DNA from: Amoebophrya sp. A120
Lineage: Eukaryota > Protista > Dinoflagellata
Assembly (NCBI GenBank): GCA_905178155.1
Contig: CAJINV010000003.1
Location: 11,105,737-11,169,736, forward strand
DNA: 64,000 nt
Direction: 5' to 3'
Position 1 is the stretch's first letter. Every line of letters starts with the position of its first letter. The notes below the pieces were generated by a model. It searched no databases, was not told the origin of the DNA, and saw nothing but the letters and a program-made list of their open reading frames with translations. Of the stretch, positions 25,101-38,408 are shown piece after piece. The position numbers and the translations under genes were made by a program.

Positions 25101-28100
25101 TCATTTAACATTCACGACAGGCTTGCTGGCACATGGAGAAGGTGGGCGTAATTCACACGGATATCAAGCTAGAAAATGTTTGCGTGCATCGCCACGACAT
25201 GAAAGAAGTGAAAGAAGAAGCATACGCCGTTCTGCGCTCGCTGAAACAGGCAGAGAAGCAGTACCAGGATTACGAATTGCGCAGGAAACAGCTCAACAGC
25301 GGGGAGGCCGGGAAAGAAATGCCCACCAAGCTAACCAAAGCGCAGAAAAAAAAGATGAACCAGAAAAAGAAAAAGATTCTGGCCGAGACCGCCGGCGTCA
25401 ACTTGGCGCACGCGGGAAGTGGAGCTGCACTCAGGGTACTGCTACTGCAAACATTTTCGACAAACAGCTCTAGGTGGATGATTTTCGAATATTCTTATTC
25501 TAGCCTCGCAGAACAGCTGTTAATGATGCACAGATGAAATCGAAATATTCTTTCTTGTGTCGCTGGGTACTAGCGCGAACATGTTTATTGAGCAGCTGTA
25601 CAACCAGCGGCATCTAGGAGCAGGAGGTAGAATTGTGATCTCGTTTTAATATCGCGTAGATAGGCCGTGAATAAATCGAAATATTCCTCGCAGGGCCTTA
25701 CCTATTCTATTGCAAAAGTAGCTGAATAATGTATCTATATATAAGGCTGCTAGACGTAGCCGATTTCTTGTTACAATTCTACTGCTATAAAACACGACAA
25801 ACAGAACATTCACGAAATTTCGCACCCCGACGTCCCTGAGGAGGAGAAAATAGTACTGCCTGACCCGCCCGCGCGGCAGCGGACGCGGTTCGAAACCTTT
25901 GCACTCTCGGATCTGCAGTGCGTTCTGTCCGACTTTGGAAATGGGTGCTGGGTCGACAAACATTTCACGGAGGAAATCCAGACGCGACAGTACCGAGCTC
26001 CGGAAATTCTGATCGGTGCAGACTACGATACCACCACCGACTTGTGGTCGTCGGCCTGCATGTTTTTCGAGTTGCTCACCGGAGACTTCCTTTTCGACCC
26101 GAAGAGCACTGACAGTACCATAAATGATATCTTTTTATTTTGCTAATACCAAATGCAGTAAATAACCAGCCTGCGCTACAACTGTAGTACTGCTGAGTTG
26201 TCAAAAGCAATTTGAGTGGGCCTTTGGAGTTTCTGAATTGGCCGCCCTTCCGTGCGGCATAACGTTATCCACGACGGCACGGCGAGCCCACAAAAAGCAA
26301 AGCCTCGGCCAAGGCGACGATCGGCAACGCAAGAAGACGGCAGTCACTTCACCACCCCCGCCGTGGCGGCAGCTATATTTCTCATCTACCAAAAGTGAAG
26401 TAATTATACTAAATGTAAAAACAACAGAATGGTCAACCGACGAGGACCAGTTGGCGTTAATGATAGAGCTTCTTGGTGGTTTTCCGCCGAAAGATTGGCT
26501 CGATACAGGCGAATACTCCGGGGACTTCTTTACAGAAAATTGCAAGCACATGCTGAACATCAAAAAACTGCACTACTGGCCCCTGGAGAAAGTGCTGTCA
26601 GAGAAGTATATAAATGGTTTCCTAAGTAATTCTTTCAGCTGCTTTTACTGTTTTCATCTTTATGTGGAAGTAGATGTAGTGACGCGACAACGTATGAATA
26701 AGTACTGCATTTTAACGCTTGTATCGAAATATAATACATACTTTTGTGTTTTTGCATCTTTCACGCCTGCACGCATAATTGCTGAGAGTTTGATTCTGTG
26801 GAGACGTCACGCATGAGTGCATCTTTTACTGCAAAGGCCTAAAATTGTCCAACACTCATTTCTATGGATTATCTTCATTAGAATCAACAACCCGTCGATA
26901 GGTATAAAGTAGAACAAGAGGAGGCAGTGCTTTTTGCAGATTTTCTGCTTTCTATGCTACGCTGGCGACCCGCAGACCGAGTTTCGGCAAAAGAAGCTTT
27001 GGAGCACCCCTGGATTTCGCGGGTGGACGAGATCGATGAGCACGACGAGTACATGCCGGTCTATTCGAGCGAAGACGAGCAAGACTATGACGGTACTTCT
27101 GTAGAAGCAAGTGCTACTTAGATGATTTTTTATCATTCTCGACCCTGAAGTGTATCAAGTGCGCGACTACGTGCAACATTTTTGCAAAGGTGAAAAAACA
27201 AGCTCCTGAAATTCATTTTTTATCTTAGCCGCAAATTAAAAGAGTTGACTGTAGTTACAAGACGCGAGCACTTGGATGATGACACCAGATGCATAGACAC
27301 GACATGCGCAAGTTCTCAAAAATTATAATTATGCAGACGAAGAGGAAGACGACGAAGATTCTGAGTACACCCATTCTGGTTCCGACGAGCCGCAGGGCGA
27401 TGAGGAGCGCGAAGAGGAACAGTACAGCGAGGACGGGAGGCGGAAAGCGCGGTCGTGTCCGACGAACGTGCACCTAACGTTCAAAGAGGACCAGGACCGG
27501 CGGGTGGTATGCGGAGAACACGGGCGGATGTACCAAAAGGTGGGCCGCAGTAGAAACAAACGAAGGAGCCGCGGTTACCACTACGGGGACGAGCAAACGT
27601 CGCAGTCCAGTCCTGAGTATGGAGGGATGTCCTCCAACTACGCGGCCGGGTCGTACTACGCAGGTGGCTCGTCAAACAATAACTTTGCGTGCAGTCGCCT
27701 CTCGTCTCACTCCACGTCGTCCGACTCAAGTTGCCACGAATATGTTGGTCCTTGCGGCAGCGGGATGAACCTCCGTCTTGTCGACCACACACCCGGAATG
27801 ATATCTTCTCCCTCCGGCTCCGGAAGAACTGCTGGCGGCACAAGAACCGTGGCGGCAATACGAACCAAGATAAAAAACGAAAGGGAGCTGGGCAACCACC
27901 GCGAGGACTACGGAAGCAGTAATGTGGCCAAGCGCAAGCGCGAGGAGAAGCAGAAACACAAAATAGCAGACACTTGGCGAGACAAAAACGCCCTCCGGTT
28001 GGAAGTAGATGACACCACGATTACGGGTGAGCCACTCGAGGACAATGACGCCGGTCGTGTGAGTGGCGCAGCACGAGCACCAGACGGGGAAAGGGGAGCT

Positions 28101-28706
28101 TCTTGGAGTGAAAATCTTGAAACTTACCAGTCAGAGGCATTCAGTGCAGGTGGCGTTTCCCCGGAACAGCAGAAATATGAAAAGGCAACAGCCAGCTCTG
28201 CGAATTATACTACAGGAAACCGAAGTAACACAATGGACCCATCAAACCAGCACCAACGAGCAGAGACGACGGGCGGTGGTGGGTCTTCGATCGAGGCCCG
28301 CCGAGATTCGTCGATAGGCAGCAACCCACCGACACTGAACGACCAGCATTACCGGGTAGAGGACGAGACTGGAGCACAAAGTGACGCACCTTATGATCTC
28401 TCAGAGGCAGACCTCGCGCTCGTGGGCCATTCAGAGGCCGTTGCACCAGAGGCTTCCGGTGAGACCACTACGACCACCGCGGCCATGGATAAGCATCCGC
28501 ACTACAACACGAGAGCGACGACTCCTATGGACGTAGACGAGGTCGAGGAGGAAAGCGCAGGTCCTCAGCATCAGGCCTCTACGCGAGTTGCTGCACCGCC
28601 CGCCGGCATGGTAATACTGAATAAAGATCGACGGCCACCAGCAGCCCAGCTGGATCTGCTAGATACGTCAGCCAGCTACCCTGCTAGCCCAGACCGGCAC
28701 GCCTAG
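22144..28706 (+). CDS. SRPK: SR-protein kinase (exons 22144-22498, 22808-23015, 23319-23454, 23662-23805, 23991-24013, 24190-24245, 24515-24699, 25121-25435, 25805-26114, 26428-26605, 26902-27092, 27337-28706)
   Basis: SRPK-type motifs YKKGGYHPV, KLGAGAFSTVWLC, ALDEVKLL, GPNGKHMCLIFDLLGENLL, IHTDIKLEN, spacer insert, DFGNGCWVDKHFTEEIQTRQYRAPE, GDFLFDP, DEDQLALMIELLG, ALEHPW. Four introners and seven GT-AG introns. Confidence 0.93.
22499..22802. mobile_element. TA-ended introner, GTCTGGGTCTGGAA family
   Basis: Perfect DR CGGGG; degenerate IR; excision gives LVTGEIVTKTY in frame. Confidence 0.88.
23016..23313. mobile_element. TA-ended introner (degenerate GTCTGG family)
   Basis: DR GATGA/GACGA; TGCAAAAAGTGTGTCTG / CAGACACATGATTTGCA; excision gives SEDEEDYSDS. 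Confidence 0.85.
24014..24184. mobile_element. TA-ended introner, ~65-bp hairpin family
   Basis: Perfect DR GACGA; IR TATCCCCCAGAAAAAGACCGACAGGTCATATTTGTAATGCAAAAATAAATA is nearly perfect; restores ALDEVKLL. Confidence 0.95.
24246..24509. mobile_element. TA-ended introner, GTCTGGGTCTGGAAG family (young)
   Basis: Perfect DR TCCAA; perfect 36-bp IR TATCAAGTGTAAAAATGTCTGGGTCTGGAAGAATGC; no register of precise excision gives GT, GC or AG. Confidence 0.95.
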
Positions 28707-30251
28707 CGGATTCAGCGCCGTCTAATGTGCAATAGCAAAACCAAAAGCATAAGCAATGGCGAACAAATTATTATATTCAAGATGAACTTCAACTCAATTT
28801 TCAAGCAATTGCGCGATTTAGCACTTCGTCTAGACGTGCAACGGAAAATGAAGGCGACCTCTTCCTGTTGATTTTTATATTGCTGCGAAACGCGGAATGA
28901 CAAGTATATCCTACAGCAACCGGTACCCGGACCGCGAACCAGTATGGCGTTGATTCATATACACATAAATTTGACGACAGCACAAGACATTGCGCTGCTT
29001 CTGTCCTCTCGCCTTTCCCGCCCCGGGAAGGAGATGCGCGAGCGCGACCTTCTATAGCTACGAATGACTTCTTCGATTAGCTTCGTTGTGAATGCGAAGA
29101 CTATTGACATCTCATGATCGCATCATGATCCACACGAATAAAAAAAACGCTCTGCAATTATGAAGATCCTAAGTGTGTACACGAACAACCTCGACTACAT
29201 TGATTTTTGAGTGGGGGCTGCTGCTCTATGTATCACGGAAGACGTATCATTAAGAATCAGTCTGCTGGTCTTTGAGAATACAGTTTAGTTTTGGTTTTTC
29301 CCTACGCAATAAAGAACGAAAACGAAGTCGCGAACTCGAGGCCTCCCTGCAGTTCGTAGTTGCGCAACTACAGCTGGAACGCAGGAAGTCGCAACAGCAC
29401 AACACAACGCGGAAAGATGTTCTTCTCTGTTGAAGATTTTGCAGAGCAGCATCTTTTTCCGTACGCGATCCGTATTGATTCAAAAGTAAAATGACGAAGT
29501 GCATAGGACGAAACCGGGGAAAAAAAGTGCGTCGCAATCACAGCAGATCCTTTAAATCCGATCGACGAACGCAAGAGATACCCTAGAAGGTGCCTCACAG
29601 AGATGATCACGCGCGTTTTTTTTTATTTTTGCGGCCAGAGCTGAAAAAGAAAATGAAAATCCTCACAACGCAAATTTTTTGCACCAGACACGATCTGACC
29701 GGCTGACAACTCGAGCCTGTTGTAGTAGATCTCAGGAGGCTCAGGCGCGGCCGCGCATTTCAGGACGAGTACAAAAAGATGAGTCTAATTTGTAGTTGTG
29801 AAGATGAAGGATTAAATTGATCCAATTGATTCAGCGAGACTCATTATCATTTGGCAATCCTTTCCAGAGTTCCACCTCACAAGACAAAAAGATCTTTCTC
29901 CCTGTCGCCGTGCTGAGTTGGATTTGCTACTCTTGAAAAATGTTATAACAGGCGACACGATCGACTGCGATCTTGAATACAAAGATGCACCGCGGCGAAG
30001 GGCCCGACGAGGCAACAAGGATTCACGTTTTCATATAGTTTTCCGCGCACCGTCACATCACAACTTCTCGGTTTACGGTTTCTTAGAAAGACACTATAAA
30101 CAAATATCTTTTCGACGAGGTGAACTTGATGGTGCCACCTCACTGCTTGTCCTAAGGAAGGTTGTCCAGTTTCACTTTTTTTCATCATAGTTTCTATCTG
30201 TTCGTCTTCGTAGTTATCGATATCGTCGTTACCGCAACTCCTTTGAAAAAA

Positions 30252-33200
30252 ATGGCAGCTCCACCATCGAAATTGGCGGCGCAGCGGCAGAGCTGCGCAC
30301 CTTTTCTGAAGCAAGTCGAAGGTGTGGGCTTACCTCACGGCAGTCCCAATCGACAACGGTGGTCCCGAGAGAGCGCAAAAGTTCCTTCTCACACTGTGTA
30401 TGAGATCCTCGCGAAGTTGTGGTATGCCGATACTGGGGATTGGGACTTTGGCCTGATGACAGACGTGGATGACAGGTATCTGCAGGAGTTTATCGAGGAT
30501 CTGAGGCGCTGCCTTTCCGAGTTGGAAACGAAAGAAGTTCCCGAGGAGCAGGAAAGGGCGAAGCAGAACGCTGTGGCTTTGTACAAGCGTGACCTCCTCC
30601 CGATCGTTGAAGAAGCCCTGCAACGGCAACGAGACAATTTGTCGGATTCCTTTTCCAGTGACATGGATTGGCTCTCTGCACTGTTGGTAAACCGCCTTCG
30701 GGAAAATCCGTTTGTGCCCACGACCGTGGACGAAGTGTTGGGATCTGGATCTGCAAAGGTACTTAGGGCATCGTGCTGCTCTACCTTTATTTTCAACTGG
30801 TTGCGAAGCTCCTGCATCATGGCCGTACTACTTCTCTTGACTCTCTGATTCAAGATTTCTATAATCAACGTAGAAGTTGTGTGTGAGCGCTCGTATAGTA
30901 GCAGTAGGGCAATCGCATTTGTTTGCGTCTGCGATGAATACTCTCTCTCACCCACTCGGATCAACAACGATCAATCAGGAAAACGATCTCGGAACGACGG
31001 CCAAGACTGTGCCACCGCACCACCCGCTGTGGAAAAACAAGCCAGTCTTCGTATCCTAAGTAAATACGTACCTATGAGTACTTCGCGCCCTCATTTGTCA
31101 TGAAAACCTTCGTGCTGAAAACCTCCCACCGTGTGGAGACAATTTTCTGATGGTGTTGTTTGGAATTCTGTTTCTGTAGTAGCGGTTTGATCAGGGTAGG
31201 AAAGACGGTTTTTGGTCGTACGGCTGTCCTATTTAGTAGCTCAGCACCCCTACGCTACGGATCTAGACTCATAATTGATATTGCACCGCCTGTCTATGTC
31301 ATCATGCGCAAATTCTCAACATCGAAACTCTTGCAAAAGTTCCACACTTGTTAACTGCGGACGAACAGGTAAGTACGCTTTTACTCAGGATACTTGGTAA
31401 AAAACCAGAGTGGAAAGGGTAGCGGACTTTATTTCGGCCGTGACGAAGCTCGTAATGGGTCCAGTTCAACATCGTCTTCAACCGGCACTAGGTGTTCGGG
31501 AAAATTGACTTCTGACGAGGATTCTTATCGTGGGTGCGGAGAAAAAGTGATTCAACCCGGCGAACTGATTTTCAAAGACTCCTCGCTGATCACGAGGATC
31601 GAGAAGAAGGAGAACTTCGCTGCTGACAACGTTAATAAGAACTGCTCTGCTCGGTCGGCGTCTTCTGTCGAAGGACAACGACCCGAGGATGACCGTGCAA
31701 AAAAGCGGCGCAGAGCTTTGTGCCGGTACCAACTTCGGACACTCTTTCCCGATTTCGAAAATTTGGTCGCGTTTCTATCGCTGTCAAACTGCTTGCTTCC
31801 CGACGTAGTCCGTACTAGTACTACCACGGCCGCAGATGATACCGCAGATGCTCGTGGTGGTGGTGGTTCTGGAGGCGTGGAGCACCACAACAGAGCGGCC
31901 CCCTCCGAGGTTGTACAGCAGAACCAGGAACACCCTCTGGAGAGATCTTGTTTTGAGATGAGCATGGCAGAGCATATCGAAGGTATCTACGTCACGAACG
32001 CCATCACTGTCGCCGACTTAGACAATCCCTTTGAGCTCTGTGGCACCGCCCTTTTTCCTCTCGTGGCTCGAATGCAGCTTATCCCACGCAAAAATCCATT
32101 TCAGTCTGGAACTGGAAGACCACGACAACGTGAAGTGCTGCAAGGTTATTTGTCATGCCCCAGGCTGGGTGGCGCGCGGGTGACCAACTCGTCCCCAGCT
32201 GTCGTGTGATCTAGATGGTGCGTGTTGATGCTTCATCCGGTAGCGGTAGAGTCGCTTTGTTTACATATTGCAGATTGGTGACATGCAAATTGTCATCATG
32301 TAGTTGACCAGCTCGCGAACTGCGTAAACACGACGGATTTGTCAATAAATAAAATGCTCTAGTAGGACTTGATTGAACAAGGACAAGCGTCGCGCTCCTT
32401 AAAATGAAACCGTGGTCTTGCAGTATCTAGAACGTCGTAGACTGAGACACGTTTGCAATGCATGCGGCACAGTGACACTCCAAACTGTGACGTGCAGGTC
32501 CGGCGCGTGCCGTGCCCGAAAGGAGCGCGGAAGCTGCGAGGCGCGAATCTCCAGAAAGCTCTGCACGAACGCATTGACTCGAAAACTCTGGCAGCACGGC
32601 AAAGAGGTGAGCCTACCGCCGGGCGGTGCCACCAGGAAAACACAAACAAAAGTGACGGCAGGGGCAGCTCCTTGTCCTGCTCCCTCCAAACCAATAAAGA
32701 CGACAAGAGAGTAAAAAGCACTTCGACAATTGCATTTCACTTCACCGCCGAAACGGATGCTATCCAGGGCTTCAACACCCATCACCGGTACTGCCTGCGA
32801 CAGGATCATGTTGCTTGCGGTGATGATTACGACGGAAGGAGTAGAAGCGTGGCCGCCGGTGATGAACAAAGGGAAGAGCAAAGGGATGAACACCAGGCGC
32901 CGCTGGCGCACACCTGGGAGGCCTTCGTCGTCGCGCTCCGTCCGATACCCCCCGGGGAGGAGTTGACCATTGATTATGTCGGACTGCACTGGTTTCTCGA
33001 CCGCCGGCGCACTCTTTTGCGCGACTACCGTTTCTGCTTGCCGGGTCTAACGATGGGGCCGAAGAAACACATTAGCACGACGGCACCAGACGGCAGTGTT
33101 GCGTTCGACGACCGCACAACTTGTTTGATTCCCGCGACCCACCGCCCCGGAATCGCTGCGTTGGAACGCGGCCTCCTTGAAGGAAAAGTACGAAAGCGCT

Positions 33201-34579
33201 TTCGAAAAGTCTTTTGGATGGAGCACGATAAAGGCCTCGTGGATAACATTACTCCGTCGCTGAGACTCAGTTGGCGAGAAGATTTGTGCAAGCCGTTCAG
33301 CTTCGCGAAACGCACCTACGAAGCGGGACGAACGGAGCAAACTGTTGCGCACTGCTTCGACGTCGAGACTGGTGAAATCAAACCGGTGGACTCGGCAAGA
33401 GCACGCATGGCCGACCTGCGCCCGGGGTTCCAGCAAAATTTGGTGATGTGTCAGACCTTAGAGGAGTTCAGGGAGCGGGTTTCCACGCATTGGGCGTGGA
33501 TTCGGGAACAGTACCTCTTCGAACGACCACGCGTAGTGACCACACGTCTTCCCCCACGACACGGACAAGAGCAGTCTATGGACGTCACACTGTTTCCGAC
33601 CAGAAGTGTCGCAGCGGCGTCTATTTCGCACCACCAGCTGAATGCCTACGCCGAGTGCGAGATGGAGGACTACAACGAGGAAGACCACCCCCGAGACATG
33701 CTTGCACATCCCGGAAACACCATCTTTCTTCTGCGGCAGGTGCAGAAAAAGAAGGACGGCATCACGCGTGACTTGACCGTCGCGTCCTGGAGCTACACGG
33801 GCGGGGGGCTCGTGGCAAGTTTGAACGGCCGCATCCTCTTTCCCAACGAGCGCGACTTTGTCATGGCGACGCATGGCAGAGGGCGGGTGCGCGACCCAGG
33901 ACTGGACCTGGACTTGTGGCTGAGTCAAAGCCAGCATGTTGCTGCTCCTGCTTGTCCGGACCGTCATAATTCGTCAGGGGACGAGGACGAGCAGCGGGCA
34001 GCGGTACACGCTCAGCTTCGAGAGGACCTGTTGGAGCGGCGGGACTTCTCTCTCCGCGAGTACATTCTCGACCGGTCTTGCGACGAGGATCTTGGGCGCG
34101 GAAGCAGCAAGACCACCTACATGTGGAGTTTTTGGCGCGATGCCCCGCTCGCAACGCAGTATCTGGCGTACCACTGTCACGACAAAGCTACCTACGACCG
34201 AATTGTCTACACGCGTGAACATCACCAGTGGTTTGTGAACCACCTGCAGCTCGACTTAGATAAGCTAATGGAGGAGTTCCTGCGTTCTCTGACGCACAAA
34301 AATAACGGGGAGGACGGCCCTGCCCCAGACGGGAACGAAAGTTGGCGACCTTGGATCGCACTTTTTGCGCGTCCATCGGAAAGCAGGGAAAGACTGCAAG
34401 CCAGGGTCGCTACGCTACTGGCGAAAGTGCAAGACTTCGTGCGCTTTGAGTCAGAGCGAGGGCTTCTCGGCGACGATTTCGCGCAGTATGAGTCTGTCCT
34501 GTGGGAAGTTTTCAGAATGGAAATGGTAGAAATGTTGAACAGGTGCCATGATGCAGATGCATTTTTATTCATTCCTTGA
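30252..34579 (+). CDS. SET-domain (SMYD-like) lysine methyltransferase (exons 30252-30758, 30979-31051, 31398-32078, 32469-34579)
   Basis: VKNQSGKGSGLY...IQPGELIFKD; YVTNAI...GTALFPLVARMQHSDTPNC; ALRPIPPGEELTIDYV...RRTLLRDYRF. One GT-AG intron and two introners. Confidence 0.8.
31052..31392. mobile_element. TA-ended introner, TATCCWRAGTRAA family
   Basis: DR CTTCG/CTTGG; TATCCTAAGTAAATACGTAC / GTACGCTTTTACTCAGGATA; restores PVFVKNQSGKG. Confidence 0.88.
32079..32463. mobile_element. Degenerate introner splitting the SET xHS motif
   Basis: DR GCAGC/GCGGC; ends are imperfect (TTATCC...GCAT); GTCTGGAACTGGAAG and ATTTGTCATGC inside; excision restores ARMQHSDTPNC. Confidence 0.7.
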
Positions 34580-34709
34580 AAAAATAAAAGACAATAGAGT
34601 CAATAAATATGTATCAGTTCTTGTTGGGCCCGCACTTTCACAGCACTCGACTTCGTGGCGGTGCATGTTTTGTTAAATCTTCTGCCACTGTAGACGAATC
34701 AAGTATCTG

Positions 34710-36104
34710 TTGAGATCATCCAGTAGAGTAGAAGTAGCCCGAAGTTTTTACAGTCTCCAGGCTTCATCAAAAACATCCAAGCGACAAGTTCTATTCTCGT
34801 TTTGCCGATTTCCCGCAGGTCTCTACTTCCATAAGCATTTATCGAGTACCAGTACGGGCACGTCGAGCGGCCAGTTAAATCAGCAACTTTTTCCGTCAAC
34901 CGCGCCTCCGGCTCCGGTGACGTTGCATCTTGAAGGAACCGGCGCACCGGAAGCAGGCTTGGGAGCCGGAACATCGTCGCAACTACCCCACAGAACCGAC
35001 TGCACCACGAGCAGAGGACTTAATTTTAGCCCAGGTAGTTGTTTTGCTCAAGGAGCGCAGGAGATCAGCGTCGAGGAATCTTCCCCCGCAGAGTCACTCG
35101 AAGAAACTGTGGCCTCCGCTGGCGATGCCAGTCGTGACCTTCCTGTCGACGGCACGACGAGCGGGGAGGAACAAAAGGGCAAGAAAAAGGACGGGAAGAT
35201 GATTTCTCGTCGCGCAAACCCAAACGGGAATAACTGTGCTGCGAACTCATCCGCATCTTCTGTGTCCTCCTCGACACCTTCTAATGTTTCCCCGACTTGG
35301 TCCTCATCTTCACGCCGCCTGTTCGACGAGGACATGCAAAAGCTGCTCAGCGAAACCCTGCGAAAAAGCGCGGACGCACTGTCGCTCGGCGACATAGTGT
35401 TCCTGTTTCACCAAGGCCTGCACGCGGCGGAGTTCGTCATGGATGCGACCGAGCTGACGAACCCGGTGCTGCGGGCTCGCATTGCCTTTTGGAAGTGGTC
35501 CCTTTGTGGACATAGACGCGAAGACTTGGAAATGACGGAGCGGTTTCTCAAGCTCCATGAACAAACTGGGTTCGTGTTAAACGTTCCATGCAAGAAGAAT
35601 ACAGCTCCGGCTCCTGCGCAGGATGCGGATCTTGCTCATGCAGACCAGGAGCAGGCGAAACAGGATGTTGCGCCGCAGGAAGACGATCCTGCTATGGACA
35701 TTCAGGATCGCACAACCGCATCGAACTTGGCAAGCCGTATGGGAATGACCTTGCACACCGCCCAACTCTGCCCCAACTGGTTCCCCTTGACTCATTCTTT
35801 GGGAGCAGCAGAGAACACAACCGATCCGACGAAGATCTACCTGCCTCCGCTGGGTCGACGCCGAGGGGACCGAAGTATGAACGATAGCACGAACAAAGAA
35901 CAGCCGCGCGAGGTCGGACTCGTCTTGGCAAAGGGGTGCGAAACTTTGCTGCAGATTCCGCTAGACGCGCGCTACGACACCGAAAGCATCAAGGAAGGCC
36001 TCAAGCTTGACGTCCATGTGCGCAAGAATGATGGCATGGAGACATCCGATCCGGAGTACTTTGGAGTCCTCCTTGACCAAGCAGAAAAAGAGCCTCTTTT
36101 ATAA
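34710..36104 (+). CDS. Hypothetical protein (start and end uncertain)
   Basis: 464-codon ORF with coding-like composition in its 3' two thirds; no recognisable domain. Confidence 0.6.
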   Translation: MRSSSRVEVARSFYSLQASSKTSKRQVLFSFCRFPAGLYFHKHLSSTSTGTSSGQLNQQLFPSTAPPAPVTLHLEGTGAPEAGLGAGTSSQLPHRTDCTTSRGLNFSPGSCFAQGAQEISVEESSPAESLEETVASAGDASRDLPVDGTTSGEEQKGKKKDGKMISRRANPNGNNCAANSSASSVSSSTPSNVSPTWSSSSRRLFDEDMQKLLSETLRKSADALSLGDIVFLFHQGLHAAEFVMDATELTNPVLRARIAFWKWSLCGHRREDLEMTERFLKLHEQTGFVLNVPCKKNTAPAPAQDADLAHADQEQAKQDVAPQEDDPAMDIQDRTTASNLASRMGMTLHTAQLCPNWFPLTHSLGAAENTTDPTKIYLPPLGRRRGDRSMNDSTNKEQPREVGLVLAKGCETLLQIPLDARYDTESIKEGLKLDVHVRKNDGMETSDPEYFGVLLDQAEKEPLL

Positions 36105-36963
36105 AAAAAAATCAAGGCCTCCCCCAACTTCCCCTCAGTTGATCATGTTGGCGATCCAGAGTACTAGACACAAACCGAAAAAGGAGGTAGCCTGGCTGTA
36201 AGAAATGATAGAACCCAAATTTGTATGGTTGCGCTTTTTGTAATTTATTTGGCTTGTTCCGTGGTGCCTCGGCGTCGGCCTTAACACACAGAACCAAGTA
36301 CTGCCATACTCCACCGGTAGGCTTTTTATTCATTTTCTTGCCTCATAGATCGATGGGGAAGACAAGGAGATGGCGTAGTTGCCCGCTATCATATGATTCG
36401 GAAGCCAGCAGCGACGAAAATGAAGAAGAGAATGAAGAAGAGTGGAGCTCTTATGATACGGCGGGTTCCGATTGATTTTTTCCTATGTTTTCAGAGAAGA
36501 GCACCAAAATCGGCGACAGAAAATTATCCTCAGAGAATTACATCAAAAAAACGAGAACACTGATAACGACGACCCTGGACCAAATTAGACTCGGATGTGA
36601 AAGCTCCGCAGTCTCCTGAGCCCGGCAATCTTCAAGAATGTGAATGTATGTTCTTGCTACTGTTCGAATTTATATTCTTGTTACTCTTCGCGTAAACGTC
36701 TTTATGAAACCCAAAAAAGTCACGAACACGAAATGAGGGGGACGCTGAGCATCAGCAGTGACAATGTCGGTATGTAGTTGACACATTTTACTTGTATTTC
36801 TACACGATTGTGGCACTCTGCCCTGCCACCTCGAGAGTACGGGCCGCCTTGGAAACGACGAACTTCCAACATGGTCTGGTCAATCGAATCATCTGTAGTT
36901 TAGCAAGCGTGTAGTTGTCGGTATTTCAAAGATTTGAATAACAAGGCAAAAGGTGAAGCAAAG

Positions 36964-38332
36964 ATGGCTATCCTCGACCCGTTGGGCAGCTGGCCCCCCC
37001 TCATCCTGATGGTGCCGGGCGTGCCCTGGCTCAACTTTCGTTTTTTCTCCTTTCTTTTGGTGGCTTTGCTGCTCTGCCAGCGAGTCAGTTGTTTTCTTGT
37101 GTACAAGGGAACCTTCGACACGCGCGAGAGCAGCGAGACCCCTTTGGTAAGCTACGTGCTTGGTGAAATATGGATTACCTGGTGCGTGTTCGCGCTGATC
37201 CTGTTTCCCCCCGCGCTCGCCGGCATTCTGTACGATTGTGAGAAGCCCGTTCGTGCCGCCTACTATCTGCAGCTCCTAACGTTCTGGCTCATTCTGCTCC
37301 TCGCGGCCTTAGTGCAGGTATTCGCCTACTTTCACGTTGCCGGAACCGTCGCTCCCAAGCAGAGCGGAGAGGGCGGCAGCTCGGGCGACGGTACCGGCGT
37401 CAACGCAGCTATGAGAGTGCACAACTCCCTCTCACCGCCCTCATTTGTCATGCAAAATGCCAAGCCCGCCCTTTGCTCCGTGGCACTGCTTGCGTGACAG
37501 ATTCATCCCGAAGCCGAAACATCACAATAAGACTCGGTCGTGAATTTGTCATGCAAAAGCTGCATCTGTGCCAGCACCACTTGTGTTGCTGTGGGTGCCA
37601 TCCAAGTGAGGGGGTACTTAGGGGACCACGACGAGTTGTGCACTTTCATAACAGCTGGCGTTCCTACGGGTACGGAACTCGTCGTGGCTGCGATCGCGGA
37701 TGAGGACAATGCCGCAGTCGTGGCGAAGCTGCAAGAGAGCAAGGTCAAGGACCCCATCGAGGTGATGGCGGACGGCTTGTTCGGCGTGCTCGACTCCATC
37801 GGTTCGGCCTTGTTGACTTTGGTGATGGCGCCCTTCGGCTTCGCGTTCCCGGACTCGAGCTGGGTATTCATCATCATCTACAACCTGATTCTCTCCGGTG
37901 GGCACCTATTCTATCCACACCGCATCTTCAAAAGGATCGACGCACAATTAATACATCGCCCTCCAACAGCAAATACAAAAGAAGAGCACAGCTCTACTAA
38001 ACGATCATAGAGGTGGAACGTAAAAAGAATTACTACGTCTACGAACATAATTTCTACGAAAGTGAAAGGAACAGTGCGAGTTGTGCTGTCATGCAGTACG
38101 GTTACATTTCGTAGTCGTACCATACGCGTGCGTGGTAGTGTGCGAAGTTGAAGATACCTTTGCGCATAATACGGGTGCAGCGTGGACGATTCGGTCCGCA
38201 GCTGACGAAATTCGGGAGGATATCCTGTGCAAATATGTCTCCGCGCTTGACGAGTCCTCGCCCGACGAGAACTCTAAGAAAATGCGTGGATTTGCTCCCG
38301 TAGAAGTACCAGTAGCATCAGAGATTTTGTAA
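36964..38332 (+). CDS. Multi-pass membrane protein (exons 36964-37409, 37656-37897, 38115-~38332; may continue into 38409-38801)
   Basis: Four or more hydrophobic helices. Introner excision gives VNAAGVPTGTELVV; GT-AG intron 37898-38114 is in frame. Confidence 0.7.
37410..37650. mobile_element. TA-ended introner
   Basis: DR GCAGC/ACAGC; IR TATGAGAGTGCACAACTC / GAGTTGTGCACTTTCATA; two copies of ATTTGTCATGCAAAA. Confidence 0.9.
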
Positions 38333-38408
38333 CCAGAAGTACGTGACTCGTCGCAGAAGTTGTAGTCCACCTTTTTGATTTGCACAGCAGAGCTCAACAC
38401 ACAGTAAC

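Noticed and set aside
36100-36347. Possible introner extending ORF 34710-36104
   Set aside because: TAT and ATA ends can be found, but there is no matching 5-bp duplication and only weak symmetry.
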